DNA of 64,000 nucleotides from Candidatus Cloacimonadales bacterium (GCA_963692475.1 OY829950.1:404554-468553), one strand, 5' to 3'; shown: positions 9,201 to 16,447, numbered from the stretch's first letter. Program-made: numbers and translations. Notes: generated by a model from the letters alone, not told the origin.

Positions 9201-10251
9201 TCTGGTTAATGTACAAGCCTTTAACCTCTATGAGTTAAAAATTCTCCCTCTTTTTCGAAATGTCTTAGGCAAGCAAATTGGCTTTGAAGATAACTTCTTT
9301 AAGGAAGGTGGAGACTCCTTAAAAGCTATTGAATTAATAGTATCTTTAGAAAAAGCACTAAATATGAAAATTAACTCTTCCACCTTGTACCAACACTCTA
9401 CTGTTAGAGACTTATCTCGTTATTTACAGGAAGAAAGACAAGAGAATTTCTCTATTATTACTCCTCTACAAACAGGTTCACCAGCTCTTAAACCACTCTT
9501 TTTAACCCATACTACTCCAGGTGATGTCTTAGGTTATGTTAACCTTATTCATGCCCTTGATAACACTATTCCTGTCTATGGGATTCAATCAGCCGGACTT
9601 TCAAGTGATGAATGCCATACTTGTTTCCAAGATATGGTTTTTAAATATGTTGATGAAATATTAGCACTACAAAATGAAGGACCTTTCCATATTGGAGGTT
9701 GGTGTTATGGTGGAGTTCTTGCTTTTGAAATTGGGGTTGAGCTTAAGAAAAGAGGTCATGACAATATTAACCTTTACCTTATTGAAACTTGGGGACGTCC
9801 TAATACTAAAGTCAGAAAGATAAGTTATCAAATTAGACGTTTATTTAATGCAATTGTCTTAGGACCTAAGTTTTGGAAAAGTTATCTGAACACGAAACTC
9901 AGTAATTTCTCTAACATTCATAAAGTGTTAGAAGAAGATTTTATAGATAATATCACCGAAACATTAGGGGGGAAATCCCAAGCTGAAATTGATAAACTAA
10001 AAAATATTTATCGTTATAATATTGATGCTTTAAATAATCATACTATGTCTAATTTCCCAGGAAGTATTAACCTCTTCTTAGCTGAAGAACCTTTAGAAGG
10101 TCTAATCCCTGATCCTAAATATGGATGGTCTGGTATGATATCAAAAATCAATTACTATTCTGTAAAAGGTTCTCATACAACAGTTTTAAAGCATCCTTAT
10201 GTAGAAGATATTTCAAGAGTTATTTCCAAGATGTTAGTAGATAAGAATTAA
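3220..10251 (+). CDS. bimodular non-ribosomal peptide synthetase, domain order A-T-C-(formyltransferase-like)-linker-A-T-TE
   Basis: Module 1 A-domain motifs: LFTSGSTGKPKGV, YGPTE, YRTGDL, GRIDFQVKIRGLRIELNEIE, NNKVDRK. Carrier FFYIGGHSLKA (Ser codon 4873-4875). Condensation HHLIFDGWS (5413-5439). Formyltransferase-like NYHDSLLPSYAG...GIDTGKIL. Module 2 A-domain motifs: YTSGTTGKPKGV, YGPTEAT, YATGDL, GRDDDQIKLNGFRIELSEIE, NPNGKIDKK. Carrier FFKEGGDSLKA (Ser codon 9316-9318). C-terminal thioesterase fold with GGWCYGG. The ORF-track start at 3220 is TTG; ATG at 3256 (MRITDLFEK), with GAGGAGAGAGG upstream, is more likely. Confidence 0.92.
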   Translation: MENIILRREELIMRITDLFEKIVSNYPKCIAIIDHMNSYTYDEINKKANQLAAYLINSGLGPNHPVGVLAYRDNNYIIAILAILKAGCFYVPLDPKYPDERLDFIINNTDMNFIIGTSENLLNILPEHNHRKIYLDAPEISLESPDNIVSESGDDTDNIYILFTSGSTGKPKGVIVNHRGVINLVKHFQETFKAPIGNYNACQNARLSFDASTLEIWYSLLSAATLYFTPESILLQPTKLRDWIIEKEIREILLVTPIAEMLFDQKFPPDCPFKYLYLGGDALKKLPPADFKPQIVNVYGPTECACITVLDTYPNGYQGLITIGKPISNTRTYILNEDLELVEPGELGELCLAGDSVGNGYWKLPEQTESAFVRNQQVNKVLSEDVIYRTGDLVRELPDGRLDFRGRIDFQVKIRGLRIELNEIEKIIHHHENIDQAVVLALGSGNEKFLVAYYTSVDKKKIEQSQIVAYCQQELPDYMIPKFYLHLENIPLTPNNKVDRKVLESIDLPKEDKAVIAPENEIQSEILAVWQEFLDINSISIDDNFFYIGGHSLKAAQIVNELQSRNYSLELNQFMTNPTIKELSEIIITSDIKYSEIPFIPRNKEYYRITKNQEDLWYLSHLDDSKRIYNIYVKCEFVDGIDAVILQRSLEYLVNIYETFKSTFKEVSKNIYQTIEKNPIFNCETITINSRTDLDNLINQIQLIEYKADMYPLYTMKIVNFENKLLLLMNIHHLIFDGWSMKVFIDKLSNIYHQLADQNESVLELKPSIQNIDYSEFNRDNTDLFTSDEEYWHELLIPYPPDLFLDKNRFQHKYLTPKGDRLWFSISKQQLTKISRFSQQNSVSLFSLLLTMYQIVLAEKSSRSDITVAFPYAGRKSKVEEELIGYYTNMVIVRAKMFGQDFKALLSNIHKQVMNAISHSSKPFGDVVKSFNLALDKSKTPLYQAIFVMQNWHGSSAKSIISSEKELGTKTSKTDITLNAEEIESGMEFWLEYNTDFYTKDLIDSIKDRFIELIDTLDPPQLNSNYKTCFILAETTLGIKCAEILLAQNYHIYGIISPNQQVINWAKKQSIYSENLDKANIKKLLSSYSYEYLFSVVNSIVLDKDILATPIKMTINYHDSLLPSYAGLYATYWALVNNETSHGISWHIVDEGIDTGKILSQAEVKLEANDTSSILNMKCYEAALSSFSKMLTALENKSLNPVEQDLTKRSYYGANYRTEECCSITYNSTIDTCERLYRASNFGDNENPIANLKVKINNNFYIIQNARFRKSEGNKIHSLQASQDNLEIYLSDGVIIADKILDLKGESISIDNLASQQNWESPEKNDFDTYFQGVKNELYWLKQLSDFEALDLPIQLDNTTSKINNLDISNPDLALYVCFLARLSTQSKFSLVIKRDENHPLLMSHLPLNIQVDFNLTLEENIANIEKRISRMKKRSHLLKSLFYRYPQHKHFKNTLVTSEVNVDEGLFQYFKSHLQAELLLKDVLLINNTDLTKINSWNSITFPIPENKSFIDLFKNSVAEYSNKISVEFSDKAITYKELDELSDNLANYLYNEYGRGQFIAISTERCIEMVIIILGIIKSGNAYLPIDPNYPKERIKHILENSQCRLMFTDYEYLGIKGTTTLSVSNCRQYNSSKSTHITISQNDLAYIIYTSGTTGKPKGVMVNHGNLINHNLIVKERYDITSQDRVLQFASISFDISVEEIFPCLLAGATLVLRSDEINKSASQFLEFITIKEISIVNLPTAFWHQITKSLPQEHFPERVKTLIIGGEKASQEIYEHWLENTLKHVQLFNTYGPTEATIIATIDEGIDDTIGKTMPNTAIHILDKYLKPTPLGIAGSIYIGGKGVTPGYFNNEKLTHDKFIETPEYGRIYATGDLGLFYESGKIKFLGRDDDQIKLNGFRIELSEIETSITQNSSLNTVFADVRGKENSRKIYLYYLSNTDISKEYFTSIAKQYLPDYMIPTEYIKITELPLNPNGKIDKKLLPEPELEENLVNVQAFNLYELKILPLFRNVLGKQIGFEDNFFKEGGDSLKAIELIVSLEKALNMKINSSTLYQHSTVRDLSRYLQEERQENFSIITPLQTGSPALKPLFLTHTTPGDVLGYVNLIHALDNTIPVYGIQSAGLSSDECHTCFQDMVFKYVDEILALQNEGPFHIGGWCYGGVLAFEIGVELKKRGHDNINLYLIETWGRPNTKVRKISYQIRRLFNAIVLGPKFWKSYLNTKLSNFSNIHKVLEEDFIDNITETLGGKSQAEIDKLKNIYRYNIDALNNHTMSNFPGSINLFLAEEPLEGLIPDPKYGWSGMISKINYYSVKGSHTTVLKHPYVEDISRVISKMLVDKN
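6301..7150 (+). other. formyltransferase-like domain (Formyl_trans_N plus C-terminal beta-barrel-like part) embedded in the NRPS
   Basis: Residues ~1028-1310: TCFILAETTLGIKCAEILL...KMTINYHDSLLPSYAGLYATYWALVNNETSHGISWHIVDEGIDTGKILSQ. It carries the SLLP folate-loop motif. Asn1116, His1118 and Asp1154 (codons 6565, 6571, 6679) have the same N-x-H...D spacing of 38 residues as the PurN/Fmt catalytic triad. Confidence 0.75.
9470..10248 (+). other. C-terminal thioesterase domain with cysteine at the nucleophile position (GWCYG instead of GxSxG)
   Basis: HIGGWCYGGVLAFEIG, with Cys codon TGT at 9703-9705. Glu sits 27 residues downstream (LYLIETWG), where type I TE domains usually have Asp. A GSH motif lies near the C terminus (VKGSHTTVLKHP). 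Confidence 0.7.
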
Positions 10252-10294
10252 AACCAGACAGTGCAGTAGACCTTTGTGATTAGCACTATATTAT

Positions 10295-10895
10295 GGCTCA
10301 AGTTCAAGTATAGTGGTAAAAAAGAGACTTTTATTATAGTATATTCATTGTATTAGAGAAATTTACGAGTTTAAATTTACTATTTAGAGTAAGTTTTGCT
10401 TGTAAATAAGACTTTAAATAATATAATTGAAAACAATATTAAGCAAGCATGTCTTTTAACCTAAATAATGCAATAGATCTTTGAGAATAACACTATATTC
10501 TTTTGCAAAAGTAACTTCCATAATTCTTCCGAATATATATATTATATGCGTCAGAATTCTGCAAGCTATTTTGCTAAAAGAATTTGCAATCTTCTCTAAA
10601 GCTCTATTGCACCATTTGGGTTTAATTAATCCATAGTTCTATTCTAATGGATCATATTATATGTATCGAACTTATATATCTTCACTATCAGGTGTCTCTT
10701 GGTTTTCAGCTTAGTGGATGGCTAATAGATGCCCAATAAACCCCTAATAAACCGCCAATAGACTATCTGACATAAAACAGAAAATGAAGGATTTAGATTT
10801 GCCAAGAACAAAAAGATTGATTATTGGGTGTTAACAGAAAATTCTACAAAGAGGTGACCTCTTTATGAAATTTCCACCTGACTTGAACTTGAACC
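10295..10895. mobile_element. non-autonomous ISL3-derived element (MITE, 601 bp, no transposase)
   Basis: The ends ggctcaagttcaagtatagtggtaaa (10295-10320) and tttccacctgacttgaacttgaacc (10871-10895) are inverted repeats. They match the ends of the full ISL3 copy at 21098-22452. The last ~55 nt (ctacaaagaggtgacctctttatgaaatttccacc...) also parallels the ISL3 right end. There is no ORF of any size inside, and no clean 8-bp target duplication. Confidence 0.7.
10460..10620 (+). repeat. R-family MITE-like element, copy R-a (161 bp), located inside the ISL3-derived MITE
   Basis: ~85-90% identical by eye to 23304-23462. Terminal inverted repeats: cctaaataatgcaatagatctttgagaa and, at the other end, ttctctaaagctctattgcaccatttggg. 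Flanked by a perfect 5-bp direct repeat TTTAA (10455-10459 and 10621-10625). Confidence 0.75.
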
Positions 10896-10948
10896 GAATA
10901 ATCTGCACCCTTCAATAAAATTCTACGACACTATCTGGGCTAAAGCTA

Positions 10949-12076
10949 TTATACATTATTTATTGGAATAATGATTGAAAACACAGTTCCACTACTTTTG
11001 TTAGATTGAACACTTACCTTACCATGGAGGTAATTCTCAGTAATCATCTTAATACTATATGTACCTAAACCTCTATTATTCCCTTTTGTTGAAAAAGAAC
11101 GATGGAATAATTGCATTCGAATCTCTTCTGGGATATATTTATTATTGTGAACAGCGAAGAGGTAAGATACATCATTAAAATTTTTGCCTTGAATATTAAT
11201 TACATCACCATCCGTCGATGCTTCAATAGCATTTTTTACCATATTAATCAAAACTCTTTTTAGTAAAACTACATCAACTTTTAGATTTACATCATCTAAA
11301 CAAGTACTAATCTTAATATCAGTATCAATAATATAGTGTTTAGCAACAAGCAAAACTTCTTCGATAATTTTCAAGCTGTTACGTTTGACTGAATTGCTTT
11401 CCCATTCACCTAACTCAGTTTGTCTTAACTCTTGTTGAGCAGAAATCTCATCAATTAATTGTTGAGCTGTAGGAGTTAAAAGACTAATCAGCTCATCTTT
11501 AACCTTTGGATCTTCTTCACTACTAATTAGCTCTGTATTAGAAAAGATTGCTGCAGCAGTATTACGAATATCATGAAGAAATGTTTTTTCGATATAAAGT
11601 GATTTATTTAGAGCACTTATATCAAGAATAGTAAATAGTGTTAATTCTTCTGAATTTATTAGTAATGGTGAAGAGGATACTTCTAAATCTAAAGCACTAA
11701 TTTGCTTATTATTATTTACTAATAGTCTACATTCCTGAACATCCTTTTTTCCAAAATGAGAGTTTCGTATAGATTTAACAGCTCCGCAATACTTACAGAA
11801 ATCAGAGCTTCCACATCCTCCTTTATCTGCTGTTGAATGCTGACATGAGAATAATTCTCCAGGTCTCTGTCCTAAGATTTGAGATTTATCTGTTATCCCA
11901 AGATCATCAAGTATTTTTTTGTTGTAAAATACTGTTTGTCTGCAACGATTGAGAATTAGAATCCAGATTGGCATATTATTAATAATTTCTACTAACTCAT
12001 CGTGCTCTTTTATGAGCTTATAAACTCTTTCGATTTCTTCTATTGCTTCTCTTTCTTGGTAACTATAATCACTCAT
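10949..12076 (-). CDS. cytoplasmic sensor histidine kinase with Cys-rich (Cx9Cx5Cx2C) PAS-like sensor domain
   Basis: No TM segments. Four-Cys motif FSCQHSTADKGGCGSSDFCKYCGA (C78, C88, C94, C97; codons 11845-11786). H-box TFLHDIRNTAAAIFS. ATPase boxes NMVKNAIEAS and NRGLGTYSIK. Confidence 0.8.
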   Translation of the reverse strand: MSDYSYQEREAIEEIERVYKLIKEHDELVEIINNMPIWILILNRCRQTVFYNKKILDDLGITDKSQILGQRPGELFSCQHSTADKGGCGSSDFCKYCGAVKSIRNSHFGKKDVQECRLLVNNNKQISALDLEVSSSPLLINSEELTLFTILDISALNKSLYIEKTFLHDIRNTAAAIFSNTELISSEEDPKVKDELISLLTPTAQQLIDEISAQQELRQTELGEWESNSVKRNSLKIIEEVLLVAKHYIIDTDIKISTCLDDVNLKVDVVLLKRVLINMVKNAIEASTDGDVINIQGKNFNDVSYLFAVHNNKYIPEEIRMQLFHRSFSTKGNNRGLGTYSIKMITENYLHGKVSVQSNKSSGTVFSIIIPINNV

Positions 12077-12115
12077 TGGGACCTCTTATTGAATAATTTA
12101 AAAGTTTAATCTTAA

Positions 12116-12862
12116 TTAGTCTTGAGTAGATAGCTCAGGATTTAATTTCAGATAAGTCATTTCCTCTATCAAAGTATCTTCCTTATTTCCTATTGTAGTT
12201 ACTGATAAGACTAAATCTTGGTCATAATAGCATCGATACAGATATGAAGAAGTATGTGGTATGTAATTATTATCTACAGACCAAATGTATCTCTTTTTGT
12301 AGTCTTCATTTTTCGAGTCAATCTTAGGTATATCAAGCTGATAATTTAACTTAGTAAAATCTTCTTTTATACCATCCCCTCTCGCTTTTACAAAGGACTC
12401 TTTCAGACACCAATCAAAATGAGTGTGAACAAGCTTCTCACTACTCTCTAATTTTAAGAGCTTAATCTTTTGTTCTGGTGATGCATAAGACTCAATAAAG
12501 GAATCAAGTTTTGGAATATTATTTATCACTTCTAAGTCAACACCTATGGACTTATTCTTTGTTATTCCTATTAAAAACCATTTCCCTGAGTGAGAAACAT
12601 TAAAGTTTAGTTCACTATTCAAGAGAAATGGCTTTCTTACATCGTTATAAACAAAGCTTACTTCAAGAGGATCACACTTTAGTTGATCTGACAAGATTAT
12701 TCTTCTAATCATATATGAAAGAATTTTATAATCATTCAAAGGTGATGCATATTTTTTTGCCTCACATCTCTCTTCCATTGTAGAATAAAGAGTCACTTTT
12801 ACTAATAAAAACTTATATTTATCTAAATTGAATAAAAACATGGGGACTTTCCTATTATTCAC
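12116..12862 (-). CDS. Sfp-type 4'-phosphopantetheinyl transferase
   Basis: Motifs FNVSHSGKWFLIG, IGVDLE and WCLKESFVKARGDG match the PPTase P1/P2/P3 signatures. The ORF-track start is GTG, so the true start is uncertain (alternative ATG at 12841). Confidence 0.8.
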   Translation of the reverse strand: MNNRKVPMFLFNLDKYKFLLVKVTLYSTMEERCEAKKYASPLNDYKILSYMIRRIILSDQLKCDPLEVSFVYNDVRKPFLLNSELNFNVSHSGKWFLIGITKNKSIGVDLEVINNIPKLDSFIESYASPEQKIKLLKLESSEKLVHTHFDWCLKESFVKARGDGIKEDFTKLNYQLDIPKIDSKNEDYKKRYIWSVDNNYIPHTSSYLYRCYYDQDLVLSVTTIGNKEDTLIEEMTYLKLNPELSTQD

Positions 12863-12898
12863 AATTTCACAACTTTAATTATCCAATTCTCAATTAAG

Positions 12899-13621
12899 TT
12901 ACCAGCTACCAGAAGCACCACCGCCTCCGAAGCCACCACCTCCGCCTGAGAAGCCACCGCCTCCACCAAAGCCACTACCACCACGACCACCTCTTCCTCC
13001 ACCTAACATGGAACCAAAGAGCAGCATTGGGAATAGTCTTCCTCTAAACAATATTGATATAATTATTAAAAAGATAATATAGCCGATGGAAGAGCCTTTC
13101 TTTTCACTTTCGCGGGAGCGTTGAATATCCTGTTGAGAGATACTCGTCTTGCCAGTCATAACATTATTTACTGTAATTAATCCAGCTTTAACACCAGAGA
13201 AATAGCTACCAGACCGGAAATTCGGGATTATGTCTTTTCTTATGATATAGCCACTCATACCGTCTGTGAGCTTGTGTTCTAGACCATAGCCCACTTCGAT
13301 TCTAACATCTCTTTCATTAGGAGCAACAAGTAAGATTAAGCCATTATCATTGGCTTTCGAACCAATCTTCCATTCTTCAGCTAATCTGATTGTATAATCA
13401 GCTACATCATAGCCATCAAGTGATTTCACTGAAACAACAACAGCTTGTATACCTGAATCTTTTTCTAATCCCACTAAGAGGGAAGTGAGTTGAGTTTCTT
13501 CGGAGTTACTAAATATGTTAGCTTCATCAACTACTCTTCCGGTCAACTTAGGAAATGAAAGAGCTGACAATGAGACGATTAATACAAGTAAAGTGAAGAT
13601 AATTACTATTTTTTTATTCAT
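12899..13621 (-). CDS. TPM-domain protein (YgcG-like) with signal peptide, C-terminal TM and Gly-rich tail
   Basis: The signal peptide is followed by the TPM-type start LTGRVVDEANIFS. Also has the block RDVRIEVGYGLE and the tail GGGRGGRGGSGFGGGGGFSGGGGGFGGGG. Sits in a lemA-TPM-TPM gene order. Confidence 0.75.
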   Translation of the reverse strand: MNKKIVIIFTLLVLIVSLSALSFPKLTGRVVDEANIFSNSEETQLTSLLVGLEKDSGIQAVVVSVKSLDGYDVADYTIRLAEEWKIGSKANDNGLILLVAPNERDVRIEVGYGLEHKLTDGMSGYIIRKDIIPNFRSGSYFSGVKAGLITVNNVMTGKTSISQQDIQRSRESEKKGSSIGYIIFLIIISILFRGRLFPMLLFGSMLGGGRGGRGGSGFGGGGGFSGGGGGFGGGGASGSW

Positions 13622-13622
13622 C

Positions 13623-14285
13623 TTATATCTCCCTTACTTGATTTGGAAGCTCGTTAGTATCATCTTCTTTGATAGGAAAGTTTTTGGTAAGCACTTCACC
13701 AATTTCAGTGATTACTTCCACTAATTCAGCACCAAAGTTGTTGCCTTTTATTCCATTAATGATTCTATCAACCTGCTTTTGCCATGATTGATTAGAATAA
13801 ACTTCTGCAATACCTGTATCAGCCATAATAAGTACCTTACGCTCTAAATTAGAGATAAATATGAGCACTCCAGTTCTATCGCGTGTTTTACTAACTCCAT
13901 ATTCCATAAAGCTAAGTTGAGCTTTTTCTTTAACTTTTTCTTCTTTAGCTGATTTAGGAATAATTAACCTATCAATAATGGGAAGATTTGCTAAAAAATA
14001 GAATATTGTTATGACTAAAAAAGTACCTAAGCCTATAATGGAAGTTGTGATAATTTTTGATTCGCTCCAAAATCTACTCATAATAATATCATCAATCTTT
14101 GAGAAATAGATTAAGGAAAGAACCATAAAAAGCAAGCCTATAATTACTGCAAAAGTTAGTTCATAAATAGCATAATCACAACTTTGCTTAGCAACAACAA
14201 CTGCAATTTCACCTGAAGTATTCTTCTCTGCTTTTGCTACAGCATCGGCGATTAAGTCTTTCTCTTTCTTAGTTAATCGTGCCAT
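13623..14285 (-). CDS. TPM-domain membrane protein
   Basis: N terminus IADAVAKAEKNTSGEIAVVV, followed by two TM helices and a C-terminal TPM-like region (RTGVLIFISNLERKVLIMADTGI). Tightly packed between lemA and the other TPM gene. Confidence 0.65.
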   Translation of the reverse strand: MARLTKKEKDLIADAVAKAEKNTSGEIAVVVAKQSCDYAIYELTFAVIIGLLFMVLSLIYFSKIDDIIMSRFWSESKIITTSIIGLGTFLVITIFYFLANLPIIDRLIIPKSAKEEKVKEKAQLSFMEYGVSKTRDRTGVLIFISNLERKVLIMADTGIAEVYSNQSWQKQVDRIINGIKGNNFGAELVEVITEIGEVLTKNFPIKEDDTNELPNQVREI

Positions 14286-14289
14286 AAAC

Positions 14290-14895
14290 TTAATTACTCA
14301 TATCGATTTTAGGAGCTTTATTAGCACCTTCGTCAGCACTAAAATAAGCTTTAGGTGAGAATCCAAAATTGTTAGCAAATATTACTTGAGGGAAACGCTT
14401 AATATAAGTATTAAATTCTTGAGCTGAAATATTAAATCTTCTTCTTTCAGTAGAGATTCTATTTTCTGTTCCAGCTAATTCATTCTGAAGTTGAAGAAAT
14501 GATTCATTAACCTTCAAGTTAGGATAATTCTCAGTAAGCATCATTAATCTTTGTAATGAACCACCTAAAGTATTTTGTGCTTGTTGGAATCTCTCAATTG
14601 CTTGTGGGTCATTCAAATCTTCTGAGTTAAGTTGCATTACCCCACCAACTTTAGAACGAGCTTCAGTAACAGCTGATAATGTTTCTTTTTCATGGGAAGC
14701 ATAACCTTTAACCACTTCCACTAAGTTAGGAATCAAATCCATTCTGCGTTGATAAACATTCTCAACCTGCGACCAAGCTGCAATTACACCTTGTTCTTTT
14801 TCAACCATGCTATTGTATATTCCACGAGTATAGCTGAAAGCTATTAATACAATTAAACCAATAACTACTAATGTTATTATTAACCCTTTTTTCAT
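14290..14895 (-). CDS. lemA: LemA family protein
   Basis: Single N-terminal TM, then typical LemA blocks: AWSQVENVYQRRMDLIPNLVEVVKGYASHEKETL and ENRISTERRRFN. Confidence 0.85.
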   Translation of the reverse strand: MKKGLIITLVVIGLIVLIAFSYTRGIYNSMVEKEQGVIAAWSQVENVYQRRMDLIPNLVEVVKGYASHEKETLSAVTEARSKVGGVMQLNSEDLNDPQAIERFQQAQNTLGGSLQRLMMLTENYPNLKVNESFLQLQNELAGTENRISTERRRFNISAQEFNTYIKRFPQVIFANNFGFSPKAYFSADEGANKAPKIDMSN

Positions 14896-14965
14896 TTAAT
14901 TCTCCTATTTTTAAAATTTTTAACTTATTTCATTTATATTAACTATTTTAGTCAAGTATAAACAA

Positions 14966-16447
14966 TTAATATTTTATTCTGTGTTTTTTACAAATCATTT
15001 TCGCACTAATTCTACCTGATTCATAAATTGTTGGCAAACCGCTACCAGGGTGAGTCCCACCACCTACTAAAAAGCAATTTTCCAGTTCTTCAAATTTATT
15101 ATGTGGACGGAAGTAAAGCATCTGATTAACACCATGACCAAGATTAAATGTTGCTCCAAGAAAGACATTATATTCATTTTGCCAATCTTCGGGAGTTATA
15201 ACTTTTTCAACCTTAATATGCTCTTCAATGTCATCTAATCCTGCTTTTACTTTTAGCATATCAATCACTTTATCACGATATTCCTTACCAAAAGTCTTCC
15301 AGTTGATACCACTTTTTAGATTAGTTATTGGAACCAAGATATAGAGAGTACTATGTCCTTCAGGTGCTAAAGTAGGATCAGTGATAGAAGCATTTTGAAC
15401 ATATACCGAAAAATCTTCTCCTACTCTTCTATAGACACTGATATCATCAATATTATTCTTATAATCATCAGCAAAATAGATGCTATGATGTGGTAAATCA
15501 TATTTGGTATCTAAGCCTAAATAGAGCATAAATGTTGAACAAGAGTAATTTTTACCTTTTAATTTCTGTGGAGACCATTTTCTTGATTCTTTATATAGAT
15601 TTGAGAATGAATATGCAAAGTCAGAATTAATTATGACATCTTCAGAATATACTTTTTCACAATTCTCTAAAACTACACCCAAGACTTCACCAAAATTAGT
15701 TATTAACTCTTTGATACGAGTGTTATAGACAATAACTCCACCTTCTTCAACAAATACTTTAGCCATTGCTTCTGATATCTTATTCAATCCTCCTTTAACA
15801 TGAAAGATTCCATACTCATGCTCAATGTAAGGCACCATAGTGAAAAGAGCTGGACAAGACCAGGGCGACATTCCTAAGTATTTAGCTTGGAAGGTAAAAG
15901 CTATCTTTAAATCTTCAGATTGATAATAAGAACCTAATGCTTGGTGCATGGTTTTATGAAGTTGAAGATAAGGGAAAGCATAGAGAATATCTGGTTCTAT
16001 CATTCTTTGGGGATAAGAATAATCTTTCTTCAAACAAGGATAAAGCCTTCTATAGCGCTCTTTCTCATATTCCATTAGTCTGTCATAGCCAACAGACTCA
16101 CCAGGGAAATATTTCTCAATCTCAGCTTTCATTTTTATTTTATCTTTATAGTGAACCATTGTTTTGTCTTTGAAAATCAAAGTATAGAGAGGTTCTAAAT
16201 CGTAAAATTCTAAATAATCATTGATATCCCGTCCAGTTTCACTGAATATTTCATCCAGAAAATACTTCATCATTAAAAAAGTCGGACCTGTATCGAATCG
16301 ATAAGCCCCTAACTCTATGGCTTGATTTCGTCCACCAGGTTTAGAATCTTTCTCATAAATAGTTACTTCAAATCCCCTTTTTTGTAATAAAATACCAGCT
16401 GTTAATCCGCCAGGACCGGCTCCGATAATAGTAATTTTTGGACGCAT
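14966..16447 (-). CDS. phytoene desaturase (CrtI)-family FAD-dependent oxidoreductase
   Basis: N-terminal dinucleotide-binding fold KITIIGAGPGGLTAGILLQKRGFEVTIYEKDSKPGGR. C-terminal CrtI-family block FLVGGGTHPGSGLPTIYESG. Substrate unknown. Confidence 0.75.
   Translation of the reverse strand: MRPKITIIGAGPGGLTAGILLQKRGFEVTIYEKDSKPGGRNQAIELGAYRFDTGPTFLMMKYFLDEIFSETGRDINDYLEFYDLEPLYTLIFKDKTMVHYKDKIKMKAEIEKYFPGESVGYDRLMEYEKERYRRLYPCLKKDYSYPQRMIEPDILYAFPYLQLHKTMHQALGSYYQSEDLKIAFTFQAKYLGMSPWSCPALFTMVPYIEHEYGIFHVKGGLNKISEAMAKVFVEEGGVIVYNTRIKELITNFGEVLGVVLENCEKVYSEDVIINSDFAYSFSNLYKESRKWSPQKLKGKNYSCSTFMLYLGLDTKYDLPHHSIYFADDYKNNIDDISVYRRVGEDFSVYVQNASITDPTLAPEGHSTLYILVPITNLKSGINWKTFGKEYRDKVIDMLKVKAGLDDIEEHIKVEKVITPEDWQNEYNVFLGATFNLGHGVNQMLYFRPHNKFEELENCFLVGGGTHPGSGLPTIYESGRISAKMICKKHRIKY

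Larger units (their letters stand above)
10254..10939. repeat. interrupted, degenerate copy (R-d) of the ~160-bp MITE-like family R, split by an ISL3-derived MITE
   Basis: The left part, 10254-10294 (ccagacagtgcagtagacctttgtgattagcactatatt), aligns with the left ends of copies R-a and R-b. The right part, 10896-10939 (gaataatctgcacccttcaataaaattctacgacactatctggg), aligns at ~70% with the R right end (aagaatctgcactcttctctaaagctctactgcaccattcggg). About 70 bp of the R interior is missing. Confidence 0.55.
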
